Assembly: GCF_009834535.1 (NCBI RefSeq)
Contig: NC_045697.1
Location: 93,002,001-93,066,000, forward strand
Direction of reading: 5' to 3'
Length of the DNA stretch: 64,000 nucleotides
Origin: Camelus ferus
Lineage: Eukaryota
The translations under genes were made by a program, and so were the position numbers. Positions within the stretch are counted from its first letter, which is position 1, and each line of letters starts with the position of its first letter. Below, one piece after another: positions 39,390 to 53,500 of this stretch. The notes under the pieces were generated by a model. The model worked only from the letters and a program-made list of their open reading frames with translations, searched no databases and was not told the origin of the DNA.

Positions 39390-40822
39390 TGGGATATGGA
39401 AATAAACAGGAAATTGTGATCTATACTTAGAAAAATAAAAACACTTTATAGAGGTTATTCCTATTCCCATGGAGAATTATTTCAGCTATTATAAATACAC
39501 TCAGATAAACAACAAGGTCCTACTGTATAGCACCGGGAACTATATTCAATACCTTATAATAACCTATAATGGAAAATAATCTGAAAAATAATATGTATGT
39601 ATAACTGAATCACTTTGCTGTATACCAGAAACTAACACATTGTTGGAATTATATTTCCATTAAAAAATTAAAAGTAAATAAACACATTTAAAGAAAAAGA
39701 AAATAAGCTCTAAAAAAATTTTTAAAGTGTGGCAATAAAATTTAATAAATAGAGATTTGTTGGGTGTTAAAAGAACCAAAATGAAATTATGGAATTTAAG
39801 AATATGATAACTTAACTAAAATATTAAATAAGTTTAATCAACTTCAGATTTGTGATGCTACAAGAAGTGATAAATTTGGATATTAATCAGTAAAAATTAA
39901 CCAATTTGATGAACAGAGAGGAAAAAACAAGCTTGAAGAGAAAAATAAACAGAGCCTCAGAGGCCAGTGATAGAACATTAAGCAGTCTAACATACTTGCA
40001 AATGGAGTCCCAAAAAGTGAGGAGAGAAATGGGTAGAATTTTTTTAATCCAAAATCTTCCTGAATTTTATGAAAATGCATTGATTGCTAATAAGCACAAG
40101 AAAAGATACTCAATAGCATTAATCATTAAGAAACTGGAAAATAGAACTACAATGAAGTACCTCTGTATACCTACTAGGATGGTTATAATAAAAAAAAAAG
40201 ACAATACCAAGTCTTGGCAAAGTTGTAAGCAAACCTGAACAATCTTACATTGCTGAGGGGAATGTAAAATGGTATACTCATTTTGGAAAATAGGTTTTCA
40301 ATTTTTTTTAAATATTAAATATAAGCTTACTTTATAATCAAATATATATACACTCAAAGACAGGTACACACATGTTTAGAATAGCATTACTGACAATATC
40401 CCAAAGTGGAAACAAACCAAATGCCTATCAACTTGTGAGTGGATGAACAAATCTGGTATATCCATGCAATGGAATACCATTCAGCAAATTAAAGGAACCA
40501 ACTACTGATACATAGTACAAGCTGGATGAATCTCAAAAACATTACAGTAAGTGAAAGGATGCAAAATACTACACTTGGTATAATTCTATTTACTTGAAAT
40601 GTCTAGCAGAGATAAATTCATAGAACAATCAGTTGTTGCCTAGGGCCAGGAGTAGAAGCAGGGATTAACTGCTAATAAGCACAAGGGAACTTTTTGAGAT
40701 AAGAAAATATGTTAAACCTAGATTGCTGTGACAGCTCCATAAATTTATTAAATTATTGAGATGTAAACTTATGATGGATAAACTTTATGTTATAAAAATT
40801 ATATTTCAACATAGCTGTTTAA
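39390..40822 (+). mobile_element. Old L1 (L1MB7/8-like): ORF1 remnant fused to ORF2 C-terminus and 3' UTR
   Basis: ORF1-type sequence to ~40075, then ANKHKKRYSIALIIKKLENRTTMKY (ORF2 C-terminus), then 3' UTR ending AATTATATTTCAACATAGCTGTTTAAA. Confidence 0.75.
39503..39675 (+). mobile_element. Short, younger cetartiodactyl-type L1 3' end nested in the older L1
   Basis: AGATAAACAACAAGGTCCTACTGTATAGCACCGGGAACTATATTCAATACCTT...ATAACTGAATCACTTTGCTGTATACCAGAAACTAACACA plus A-rich tail. Confidence 0.9.
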
Positions 40823-42355
40823 AACTCTCTGGTATGTTAATAGAGATTGTAGAGATTGTCTTGTTACTGAATTCATATCAGCTAAAATTATGTCTGATAA
40901 TAAAAATGAACCTTGTTTTTTTTTTAAAGACATTATTTTTTAGATCAGTGGAGCCTCGCCTTATTACAGGCTATGTTTCCTTTTAGAGCAATTAGATACT
41001 GGAGCTGAGCTTGTTGAGGAGTGCTTTTGCAATAATGTCTTAATCACAAGAGGATCAAAAGATAGAGATTAAACTATTTATTTGTAACAATTTCTCGAAT
41101 ACCAACAATAACAGGTTCTTGCCTTTGTCAAGAAAGAAAAAGACATAGAAATGATGATGGGCAGCCAGAAACTCCAGAGTAGGGACCCATAAAATCCTTG
41201 ATTTCAGGATAAGGGAGAATCAACAGCTTCAACTATGGAAAGAAGCCACCCGTTTCCCACAGATTTCAATCTAGAGATAGCAGCATTTGGATTGAAAATT
41301 TAGCACATGAATCCCAGACAAAGACTGAGGGGGGAATGCCTGCAATACTGTTGGCATTTCCTGGTATACGGAGGTCATCTGGTAGCAACGCAATTCTAAT
41401 TCACCACCAAGAAAAGAAGTAAGAGCTCAATGGATCCATAGGTGGGAAGAATGCGAGTCTATTTTATTTTTCTTGTTTCGTCCTATAGGCTTAGCCAGTA
41501 GCAATCCACAATAAAAATAATTAAGTAGATAGTACTTTCAAGATAACAGTTCAGAACTGGTGCCCAGAAGTTGATCGATCTGATAGATTGAAAGGACCAC
41601 ACAATGTGCATGTGCTCACTGGACAACAGACCCTGGGGAACAGAGCTCTTCCCACTTCCTCCCTACGGCTGAGTCCAAACTCCACATGCCATTCAGCACA
41701 ACATAGTTTAGTGTATACTAATGGAGAGAGGCATCACTGGAACACAGAAAGGACTTAAAGGAACCAAGTTTGGGAGAAAGGAAAGGAAAGAAGGGGTTCA
41801 AACAGCACTGAGCATGTAGTTTCTTCACTGACTGGAGACGGCACTGCTGCTGAGTGAGAAGACCTAAGCCAGAATCAGAGGCCAAGGGAGTCTTTCTTAA
41901 AAAGCATCTTCCCTTATGCACATGCAATTGACTGGAATATGACATTGGAATCCAAAGACGTCAACATTTATTTTTCAGGACTGTTTATTTGCTTTAACAG
42001 TCTAATTCTAAGGTCATTAAGGACATGATACATACTACCTGCTCTCTTCTATAAGAGTTGGTAAAGAGTAAGAAGTATACAACTACTAGATTAACTGGCA
42101 CGTAATTTTACTAATGTAAATGCAAAACTGTGTTTCACTAGTATGACAGTGTCTGGGAATATTTTAAAATATATTCAGAGGCATGATATTTTTCATTTTT
42201 CTACTCTTTCTGTAAGTTGACTATTTCTCTAAGTCAAAATTTTTATAAACATATGGCATTTCTTTACCATCAGCATATTATACCCTGTCTTTTACAGTGT
42301 GAAGGTTAAGGGAATAAACTTTGCCATCAAGATGCCTATGTTTAAAGTTAAACTC

Positions 42356-42690
42356 TGTGGTTGCCAGAGGTCGGAGGTCTGGGGGAGCTGGTGAAATGAG
42401 TGAAGGTGGTCAAAAGCTACAAACTTCCACTTACAAAATAAGTAAGTTCTGGGCATGTAATGGACAGCATAGTGACTATAGTTAATAACGTTGTATTATA
42501 TATTTGAAAGTGGCTAAGAAAGTAGATCTTAAAAGTTTTCATCACAAGAAAAAAATATGTAACTATGTGTGGTAAAGGATATCAACTTGATCTATTATAG
42601 TGATCATTTCATAGTATATACATATATTGAATCATCATGTTGTACATCTAAAACTAATATAATGTATTTGAATCGTATCTCGATAAAAAA
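42356..42690 (+). mobile_element. L1 3' UTR fragment (L1MA9-like type)
   Basis: GTGGTTGCCAGAGG...GAAGGTGGTCAAAAGCTACAAACTTCC...TTGTACATCTAAAACTAATATAAT; same type as the 3' end of 10681-12312. Confidence 0.9.
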
Positions 42691-45206
42691 GTTAAACCCA
42701 ATTTTCAGTCACAGCTACCTTAGAAAAATGTTGGTTTAGAGAAACAGATATCCAAAAATAAATGAAAATTCAACTGTACATTTTACTGGAAATTTAGGAT
42801 ATAAATAACTAGCTGTGTCACATCAACATTTTGTGTTAGAATTAATGTCAGACACTCTTTAAATAATAAAATAATTGCTAATTCTGAGATCCTCCTTCAG
42901 GCATCAATAAGCAAAAAAAACTGCCATAGTACCTTTGGGTTCCTTCCTCAATACATTTTTGGGAATTCCTGAGTAATATTTATAGCTTAATAAACTCACC
43001 CTATTTTTCATGCCACTTTTTTCCTACTACGAAGGAAAAGAATCTCTAGCTGCTTCTGAATTCTTTCTTTCTCTTCAATCCTTGTTCTTCATGATTTCCT
43101 TGTGGAGGTCATGCACTTACTGCTAATTTGGTTTTGGGGAAGAGCAATTATCTTTCTAGAAAACTTGTCAAAAGTCCATGTAAGTCCAGGCTAGTGCTTA
43201 ACAAAGGTATCCTAAGAGCCGGGAGGATAACAGAAGTAAATGCTGCGGAGAACCTAGATTGCCATTGGTGGTTCAAGTTCCCAAACCCCACACTATCCCC
43301 TTTGTAACTACAGCAGGACAGTATCCTTGGAGGGGAAAACAGCTCACTCTCCAGGCCCACCCCCATGCTGCCTCACTTGGAATTCCTGTCCTCCAAATTT
43401 TCCTACCTCTTTTTACAACAAAAGCAGAGAGTGCCTTCACTTTACTCTGTTAAGGACTGTTCTATGCTTCTTGAAACCAAAATAATACAGGAGAATAAAA
43501 TATACACAATCCTCAATAATTGATAAAAATGAAGTACCACAATTCCTCAAGAGAGAGAAAAAAAAACTGACAGTAATTATAAGAGCAATTTGTCTCAAGG
43601 CTCCATTTATAAAATATAGTGTCATCTTAAACAATGTCTTTAAGATCTTTAATATTAGATCTCCAAAAGATTTTTAAATGACCTTACTTTTATTATTTTT
43701 ATATTTATATAATTTAAAAATAACATACTTGAAAATGAAAGTTCAATGAGAGATTTCAAAGTTGTTTGGAGGTGACAGTGAGAAAAGACACTCTACAATA
43801 AATAAAATATTATGTTTACTTTTACATTGGCAAAGATATTTTATTACCCTATAGATTGTAAAAATATATTTTTCATTCACTGATATTCTTCAAATATTAA
43901 AAACCCTATTTGTTTAATTTGTAGAAATGCCTATAAAGGAAATCATAACAACTTTATAAGAATTAAATATTGCTATTTCAAGATATAACATATGTTCAAT
44001 ATAAGATAATAGACTTAAAAAACAAGATTATTTTTATATTGGGGAATAATTTTGTAAACAGTTACAAGATTAATAAAAGAAGGCTAAAGGTTATATCAAT
44101 ATATCAATATGAGAATGAAAATCTTATGGAATATCTCATACATCAAGTTTAACATTGAAAACTGTTTCAATTACATACGGCATATTGGCATATACTTTAG
44201 GAATTCTAATAGGAGTGCTGCCTAGTAAAGATACCTAATGAGTCAAACCATATCACATGCTGTTTTTATAGTAATGGATTATTCATGAAAGGTTCACCTA
44301 ACAATAACGCCAGTCATTAATATTCTGAATATGGTATCGTGAACAATGTTGAAATGCTGTCAGAGCTACTAATCCAATCATACACTCAGAATCATTCACC
44401 ATTCATTTATTTGTTATTTATATTTAGCTTTGTCAAGAAAATAAAAGTCAGGTTAAAGTACATTTTATGGTAGGGATAATTTTAGTAATATTTTGCATAT
44501 TTATTTTCTGAAGGAAAATTTGATACTAATACACTTAGCTACTATAGTCACTAGATCCATTAGTTGGATTGCAACTTAAGGGTTCATGTCTCGAGTTTGA
44601 CAAGTCAGTTTTTTCCTTGAGTACTTTATTCTCAAAATTCAAGAAAGCTAAGACAAAACTGCTGTCCTGGTTTTCATACCTGGCTTTATATTTTGAGTGT
44701 TCTCACAGGGGCCTTGTATACTTCATCAGATAGATCTTATCATCTGAAGTTTGAAACCTTAGAGATATAATATTAATTGGCTATCTAGTCACATTATTAC
44801 TTGATATCCCCTATTTAAATTACCATCTAAATTACATTCATAAGAAATGTAATTTAGAGCTTACATAAAGGTAACACATAACTTTTCCCTAAGAATTGAT
44901 ATAACTCTTCCTTTTCTAAGCAAACTGAAGCTCTATGTGTCATAGTATTTAGAGTAATAAATACTGAGTAAAAAATTCTGGTTTTTGCTTTTGATTCATA
45001 TTAATCTTTTAATATTTAATCAAATTACTAAATCTTATTAAGAGAGAACTTCTTTATCTAGAATTTTTAATAATATTATATATCTGCTGGAGATTTGGTG
45101 AGGATTAAATTAGAAGATATATGCTAGGGTTCTATAATTTAAAGATTTGTTAAAATATTAGTAATTGTCACATTCATAACAATGTAAATGATTGTGGTAT
45201 GTATTA

Positions 45207-45405
45207 CAGGGTCAGTGAACTGAAGACCAATCTGACTGCCTGTTTTTATCAATAAAGTTTTATTGGAATGCAGTCATGCCCACTTGTTTACACATTGTCT
45301 ATAGCTGCTTTCTCCCTATAATTGCAAAGTTGAGTAGTTATAACAGAGACCATACACAGCTTGCAAAGCTGAAAATATTTACTTACTGACCAATTAGCCA
45401 AACTC
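45207..45405. mobile_element. MER58A (hAT-Charlie MITE)
   Basis: CAGGGTCAG...CTGCCTGTTTTTATCAATAAAGTTTTATTGGAATGCAGTCATGCCCA...GTTGAGTAGTTATAACAGAGACCATA...GCAAAGCTGAAAATATTTACT. Confidence 0.85.
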
Positions 45406-45754
45406 AGATTTATGCTATTACTTATGTAAATGTTTTACTTTTTGTCATCAAGACTGCTGTACTTGAAAATTTATTTAAATTAAGCAATAGTGCTTTGGAA
45501 TACACTGAGACTTTAAAATTATGTTCTATACAAGACCTTAATCAGTACATACTCAAGACATATGAGACTTTCATTACTTATAATACATGCCCTAAAGTTT
45601 ATTATGTTAATTAGCATGTATACTTTTTGAAGCGTGTACGTATTTTTAAGTTTGAGGGTTTTTTGGTTTTTTTTTTGGCTTAACCTGAAAGAGGAGCATT
45701 GGTATTTTCTTCCTAGTCCCACAAGCATGGAAGTAAGGGTGTAACTAAATTAAA

Positions 45755-45812
45755 CACACACACACACACACATATACATATATGTTTATATATACACACA
45801 CATATACATATA
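45755..45812 (+). repeat. (CA)n/(TA)n compound microsatellite
   Basis: Seen directly. Confidence 0.85.
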
Positions 45813-45995
45813 TCACTTATTCATATGTACATATACGTATATATTTATGATTTTTCTTGGAGCTTTTTTCTTTTAGTAAACAGAGACTTTGATTGCTGAT
45901 TTTATTTTATTAATGGTTGAATTGAATTGTTAAAGTGTTTGGAATCTTGCTATCATTCACCCCACGTTCCTTATTCTCATATTAAATATATAGTA

Positions 45996-46533
45996 TAATC
46001 AGTTCTGCTATAGCACAAAATAAGTGCTCTTATGGAAAGTTGTACAATAAAAACAGAGGGCTTATGGGAAAAATGTGGTTGGGGTCAACACACTAAAAAA
46101 GTTAGTCACATTAAAAAAAATTGAAACCTAACAAAAAACAGTTTTACATGTATTAAATGATTAAGAATGTATAAACACATAGGGAATAGACCTGAAGTTT
46201 GCTTGTAGAAGGATTGTAGCTTGTGAGGCTTCATGAAGTGATGGAAGGATGGTTGTCTAAAATCTAACAGACTGTTGTACTACAAGATGAGAACAGGTGT
46301 GGCTCATAACACATGGCTAACTATGGTAGTGAAAGACATTTGAGGTGTTGTATGTGTTTGTGTGTGTTCGTGAACTCATCTGTTTATAGTTTTCTGCATC
46401 CACCTAATTTCCCACAGATGAAATAAGGTATAAGTAAATGTGAAATCTGCATCATGCTACAATTGTTCCCTAATACATCAGTTGTCTCAGGACAAATTGT
46501 GTTCATAAGCAAGTGTTATAGCCAAGCTCACTG
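45996..46533 (-). mobile_element. Tigger13a-like DNA transposon
   Basis: TA-flanked TIRs TAATCAGTTCTGCTATAGCA ... TGTTATAGCCAAGCTCACTG; internal AGACCTGAAGTTTGCTTGT, GGTGTGGCTCATAACACA, AATTGTTCCCTAATA. Confidence 0.8.
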
Positions 46534-48647
46534 TACGTGAAGACCATTTCTTAATCTTTTCTTCTTTGTGTATGCTGATAAATGATAGTAAGTAGTCTAG
46601 ACACGGACATCTTTCATCCTTTCCTCAGCCTACAATGTGGGAAAAATTCCAGGCTATGAAGTCCCAGATTACCTTATCTAAATTCTTGACCTAGATACTA
46701 TCCAGTAGGTAAATTACCTCCCAAGCATAATAAATTCCTATGCCCCCAAATTTTGATTTCTACAAAAATAAACACTTGTTTTTATATACCAGAAAACTTA
46801 ATTTACTGGATCATATCTTGAAAAACTGATATAAAGTTAGTTTAAAATAAGAGTCCTTGCTAACATTGCACCTTCCCTTACACAATCTGGTGTAAATAAA
46901 TGCTTAACAAGTGCCAAGAAAATTTAGATGATGAAATTAATTATAAATAATCAAATTTAAAGATCTTAATAAAAAATGTCTATAGGTCAGATCAGTGCCC
47001 ATTTTCACTTCTGCTTATTGTAAAACAAAAGGTCATTTGGAATACAAGTCATTCCAAATTTCACTCGGCTTAAAGCCTTTCCTTAGAAGACTCTCTTATG
47101 CATTAAAAACAACATTAATGCATTTTCTGTTTAGGCTGAAAGTCCTGAATCTGTTGGCATGCTATTTAGAGACTGGGCTTTTGAAGGCCCTGGCTCAACG
47201 GAATCATTATGTTCTCTGGGTTGCCTGCTCTGCATCACACCTCCTCACAGCCATGATCGCTTGTGTTTATCTGAAAGGTTTTCAGGAATGTTAAATCTGA
47301 ACCACAAGACTGTGAATTTTCCTAAAGAAGTATGTACAAACACATGTCTTTTAATTTCTAGTTACACCTGATGTTGTTGTAGTAATTTGCTGTGTATGAA
47401 AGGCAAAGCCTATTCCTGAATATCTCTATATATAATCAAAAATTTTATTTAAGGACATAAGCATAAAGCACACTCAGTTACATGACAAAGCATGTATACA
47501 AACGTATTCAAATAGCATTTTTTAGTTTAGTCTACACTCAAATTTTATAGTATTTGTACTGGCGATCCCTCCACTATATCTAAAGTATAACGTTTTTTTC
47601 TAACGTGTTCTACATACATATCACACATTAATATTTTTACTGTATTAAAACTAGTATCAAATATTTAAATTGCTAAAAAATTACAGCTAAAATACAAAGC
47701 TGCAAAAGAAGATGCTTATCTCTCTAATATAAAGCTATAATTAGATATTCAATCACACATACATTAAAATATTTTATGATCTTTCTGTAAATGAGAAAAT
47801 AATTACTTTTTAAATTATATTCTAAGACATCTTTGCAAATTATAATATCTACATTAGGAAGTAAAATTAATATCTGTTCCAAACCATTTGGCAAATTACA
47901 AATTCACAGACTTTCATTTATCTAGCAACGTACCTGTTTGGATAATTTATTATTACACACATGTCACTTTTTAAAAAACAAACTAAAAAATAAGATTCAG
48001 AACCTACATAAATATACTAACTACCTCCCAGAAATAGTATTTTAGAAGAATGGATTTTTGTTTCAAGAGTTCTAAAGAATATCAAAATGTATGTGCATTC
48101 CTTAGCTGAATAATACCAAGTCATAAATAATTTGCCATAATTTCAGGGCTAAAATGATTAGTTACTCACTGTGCATAAGTTCTGAAAATTCAATAAATAG
48201 AAAATCCATTAAAAAATTACGACCATGATATTCAGTACATAAGCTGACACTGATGTTGCTTTAAAATTTTGGTAATACGAATAGGTCATGAAGTAAGAAG
48301 TATTCTAATCAGTTATATTCTTATGGGTTGATACTCAGATTAAATTAATGGTTAAGCCTCCTGAATATTAAAAAGTGGCTTAATTATTTGATGCACAAAG
48401 AGGCCAGTAGATAATTACTTGTTTTTGAGTAGCCATATAATTTTAGTCCACAGAGGGAAACTTGAGAGGATAAAGGACTATTATTAATGATTATGGTGGA
48501 AAATAGGCATAGCCTGGACTTCCTTGCATCAAACAGAATATAATTTCTTCTTGTTTAGATGTCATTTGAGCAGTGCTGCAGAAGAAGCCTCATAAAAGAG
48601 AGTTCTCTGTATTTTCCGGAATTACCTGAGATGGTCATCTATAGTTA

Positions 48648-49118
48648 CAGGTATGCTTGAAGATACTGTAGGTTTGGTTCCACATGAACACAATAAAGTA
48701 AATATTGCAATAAAGCAAGTCATATGAATGTTTTGATATGCCAGTGCACGATAATGTAGTCAATTAAGTGTGTAATAACACTATGTCTAAAAAAAATCTG
48801 CACATCTTATTTTAAAAACTCTTTTTTGCTAAAAAATGCTAACCATTATCTGAGCCTTCAGTGAGTTATAATCTTTTGGCAATATCAAAGATCATTGATC
48901 ATAGGTTACCACAACAAATATAATAATAATGAAAAAGTTTGAAATATCGCAAGAATTAACAAAACGTGACACAGAGGCATGAAGTGAGCAAATGCTGTTG
49001 GAAAAAGGGCACTGACAGGCTTGCTTAATGCACTGTTGCCACAAGCCTTCCCTTTGTAAAAAAAGCAGTATCTTGTGAAGCACAATGAAGCAAAGCACAA
49101 TAAAATGAGGTATGCCTG
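48648..49118 (-). mobile_element. Internally deleted Tigger1, second copy, inverted relative to 30710-31199
   Basis: TA-CAGGTATGCTTG ... GAGGTATGCCTG; same body and same deletion junction as the first copy. Confidence 0.9.
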
Positions 49119-49149
49119 TGATGTTTCGTTTGTTTCGAAGAATCTTTTT

Positions 49150-50022
49150 ATCTGCTTTATTGAAGTATAATTGACACATTAAATTGTACTAGGTTTGAAG
49201 TGTACAGTGGGGACCTGATGTATGTATCACCTCTTTTTGCTCCCCCCTTTCTTCTTGAGAGTGCCAATGATTTACTCTCTTAGCAAATCTTGAGTATACA
49301 ATGTAGTATTATTATTTTGTATTGAAGTATAGTCATTCTACCATGTTGTGTCAGTTTCTGGTGTAGAGCATAATGCTTCAGTCATCCATATACATACGTA
49401 TATTTGTTTTCATATTCTTTTTCATTATAGGTTACTACAAGATATTGAATATAGTTCCCTGTGCTATATAAGAAACTTGTTTATCTATTTTATATACAGT
49501 AGTCAGTATCTGCAAATCTTGAACTCTCAATTTACCCCTTCCTACCTGCTCTGGTAACCATTAATTTGTTTTCTACATTGTAAGTCTGTTTCTGTTTTGT
49601 AAAAAAGTTCACTTGGTCTTTTTTTTTCTTTTTAGATTCCAGATGTAAGTGATATCATATGGTATTTTTCTTTCTCTTTCTGGCTTACTTCACTTAGAAT
49701 GACAAAAGGAAACCATCAACAAAACAAAAAGACAACCTACAGAATGGGAGAAAGTATATACAAATGATGCGACTGACAAGGGCTTAATTTCCAGAATCTA
49801 TAAACAGCTCATACAACTTAATAACAAACAAACAAAAAACAACAACCCAATCCAAAAATGGGCAGAAGACCTAAGCAAGCAACTTTCCAATGAAGACATA
49901 CAAATAGCCCACATGAAAAAGTGCTCAGTATCACTAAGTATCAGAGAAATACAAATCAAAACTACAATATGGTATTATTAACTATGATCACTGTGTTGTA
50001 CATTAGATCCTTACAACTTGAT
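49150..50022 (-). mobile_element. Older L1 3' end (49150-49314 and 49981-50022) interrupted by a younger L1
   Basis: GCTTTATTGAAGTATAATTGACA...ACTCTCTTAGCAAATCTTGAGTATACAAT; resumes ACTATGATCACTGTGTTGTACATTAGATCC. Confidence 0.85.
49315..49962 (-). mobile_element. Younger 5'-inverted L1 insertion (3' UTR on minus 49315-49703, ORF2 piece on plus 49704-49962)
   Basis: Orientation flips at ~49703 (CACTTAGAATGAC|AAAAGGAAACCATCAACAAAACAAAAAGACAACCTACAGAATGGGAG). Flanking direct repeats match at 16/18 positions (49297-49314, 49963-49980). Confidence 0.9.
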
Positions 50023-50599
50023 ACTATCTTTTAAATTATTTTTGATTTTGCTGAACCCCCTTCAGGATGAAATTTGATTACCGTTAGTTAATGTAGCTGT
50101 TAGATGAAGTGATGCTCATTATTGCCATTTAGTTGTTATGAGTCATCAAAGTATTTTTTTCCAAGTGTTATAATTATCCAGTTAATTATTTTACATTTGC
50201 TCTCCATTTCTAGTTTCTAACTAGTTTTCTCTTCTAGTATTAGTTTTTGTAATAATTACTTTGGCCATTTTACAAGAAACTTTAATGCTTTTTTTAATCT
50301 AATACAAGACTGATGGGAAAACAAACTCTCTTGTGGATTGCCCTTTTAGTTATGCTCTCTTCCTAATTACTCATAACAAACTCTATTTTACGGGAGATAA
50401 TAAATTAGCAGCTTTCTTGAAAGAATCACTTCTTATAAAATGAACACATTTGATATTCCTGTACTTATTTGATGGCAAAACTTACATTCAGTTGAGTTAA
50501 ATTCAGACTTTTAACACTCCATTTAGATTTTATAAATGAATGGCTGTACAAAGCCTAATGTATATTAGTTTGTTTTTATATATGTGTGTGTATATATAT

Positions 50600-53500
50600 T
50601 TTTTTCTGTTGAAGTAAAACTAACATAAAAATGTTGTAAATATATAGCTAAATAAATTGTGAAAAAGTGAACCACTATACAATGAAGAAAAAGAGCTTTA
50701 CCAGACTCTCAGAGCTCCAACTCATACCCACTCTCAATCAGAACCTCTTCTCTAGACCTTCAAAGAAACTACTAAATTGACTTCTGAATGGATATATTAT
50801 CATTGTTTTTAAAGTTCATCTTTATATAAATGAAATTGTGAAGAATATTTCCTTTGGCTTTTTTCACTAAGTATTGTCTTTGTAATTCATATGTATAATA
50901 AATAATGCTGTCTTGACTCAGTCTTGAGGCCCTGGCTAGGGGTTGGTTAGGTCCTCTTTATGATCTGCTGATTAAGTCCCTATCTTAAACACTTCCTTTG
51001 TCAGGCTCTCATACTCTGAGTCACTGTGCGTCAGCACTAACTAATTGCCCCAGGGCTAGGTACCAGACCACCAGGCACATCTACCAAGTGCCAGGGTCTG
51101 CTGAAATTATTCAAAATAGCCAGTCCACAGGAATTCCACAAAACCTAGCTAACTGCATCCCATTTCCCATACACATGCTGCCCCCTACAGCTTTAGTTTG
51201 CTGTTACACTGGGTGCAAACCCTACCTGTCCTTGCTTGGCAGCTTTCTCTCATTTAGAGCTGTAAATAACAACAACAACAACAAAAAGTCTGCCTTTCAT
51301 TTATCCCAGTGATGCTATTATGTCTCACTGTCAAAAAAGAATCTTTAGATCTTATAAATCAATAGTTATATGTCAATATAGTTTACCCCTTCTCGTACAG
51401 TATTTAACTTTGGGAATGTGCTAAAAATCTACTTGTATTATAATATTGATGCATTTTTTTTTTAATTTGGGGCAAATACAAATAACTTTACTAAGCACAT
51501 TCTTGTACATTTGGGTGCATATGTGCATAAATTTCTGTGGTATATACCCACTAGTAAACTTGCAATAGCATATTACCTTTAATAGAAAATGCCTAACATT
51601 TTCCCAAGTGGGTTTTGATTGTCATTCAGATGAGAACAAAATGATAGTTGTTATTGCTTCATATCAGCTTGTATTCAAAAGTTTATTAATTTTAGCAATT
51701 CTCAAGGGGTAGATGTTAGTATCTCATATTAGTTTTAATTTATGTTCCCCTGACAACAAATGAAATTGGGCCACTTTTCATATTTTTTATTCAATTGGAT
51801 ATCATTGGTAAAGCACCATTTCAAATCTGTCAATCATTTCTCTTGGGATTTTGTCTTTTTCTTATCAATAGGAGTTATTTTATATTAAAGATACAGCCCT
51901 CTGATGGATGTATGTGTTACAACTATGTCCTTTCCTTCCATGGCTTACATTTTCATTCTCACATTTAGTAATGAACAAAAATTCTTCATTTTAATGTAGG
52001 CTAATACATTTTTTTTGTTTAAAGCTTGTATTTTTTTGTCTCATCTAAAAAATATTTTTCTCCCCCAAGGTTCATTAAAACATTTTTACCTATCATCTGC
52101 TAGAAGCCTTATTATTTTAATTTTCACATTCAGATCTAAGAGCTACCAGAAATTGTTTTTTGTTTATTATACTACACAAGGCAGAGGTTTAGGTTCTGCT
52201 TTTTCCTTCATGTTGAAACTCAAACCTAGCACTATTATAGAAACACCTTCTTCTCTCTATTTTCATGCAATGCCATCATTGTCATAAAACAGGTGTCCAT
52301 ATGTGGATTGTTTATATTTCTGGACTCCCTATTGGTCATGTTCATGTTGCTATCATAATGTTTCAGTACAGTAATTTAAATATGACCTGACATCCGATAA
52401 CATAAGCACATCAGTGTTCTTCTGCTTCACATTTCTGTTTATTGTCCTTGGCTATTTCTAGTTACCAAAAAAATAAACAAATTATCTTATCAATTTCTAC
52501 AAAAATAACATTGGGATTTCTATAGAATTCTGGTCAATCAATAGATAAATTTGGAAAGATTTCACATTTTTACAATACTGAGTATTAAAACCAAATTGCT
52601 TATGTTAAATAGTTTATGCCTATTAAAGTAATATTTTATATGGTTCCGTCTAATACTTTCATTTATTTGGACCTTTAATTTGTCACACTGATGATTTATA
52701 GCTTTTTGTATAGACATCTCATACATTTCTTGTCTTATTGCACTAGCTACAGTTTCCAGGTCAAAAGTGAATAGAAGGGTTAACAGTGGCCATTTTAGTC
52801 CAGAAGCATTCACAAATTTTTGGTATTAATATGTTCTTTAGTGTAAGTTTTTCTACAGGTCTCCTTTATTAACTGGATGTTAAATATAATGCTCTTCTTC
52901 ATGTTGAGGTGATCATTTTACTCTTTCTTCTTTGTTCTTCTAATTTGTTGAATTATATTAATTGATAGTAAATAACATGCATTCTTGGAACAAACTCAAG
53001 TTTGTGAGGGTGTGTTATTATTTTTTTATAGCTAGATTGGTTTGCTACTATATTATTAAGAATTTTGTATTGATATTCATGGTCTTGAGTGTTATTTTGC
53101 ATTGTTTTCCACAGTTGGTATCTATGTTATATTGGCCTCCTTAAACATTTTAAGAAATATTTCTATTTATTTACTTATTATTCTGGATGACTGATTAAGA
53201 CTGCTGTTATTTCTTTCTTAACATTTTAGGGAAAGACATTAGCTCTAGTGACACAGTTTGAACTTCATTTATGAAATTTTCTTTGTGAGGAGAGTGGATT
53301 TTAACTTTAACTTTAAATTTCCTTGGTAGTTCTAGGATACTTCACATTTATTATATTTTTCTCTGTCAGTTGTGATAAATTATTTTGTCCAGGATTTGAT
53401 AAATATGTCCATTTCGTCAAAAATGTGAAGTTTATCAGCAGAAATGCTGTCTTGTTATCTTTTTACTGTATAAAGCATTTGTAATGATGTCCTTTTTACT

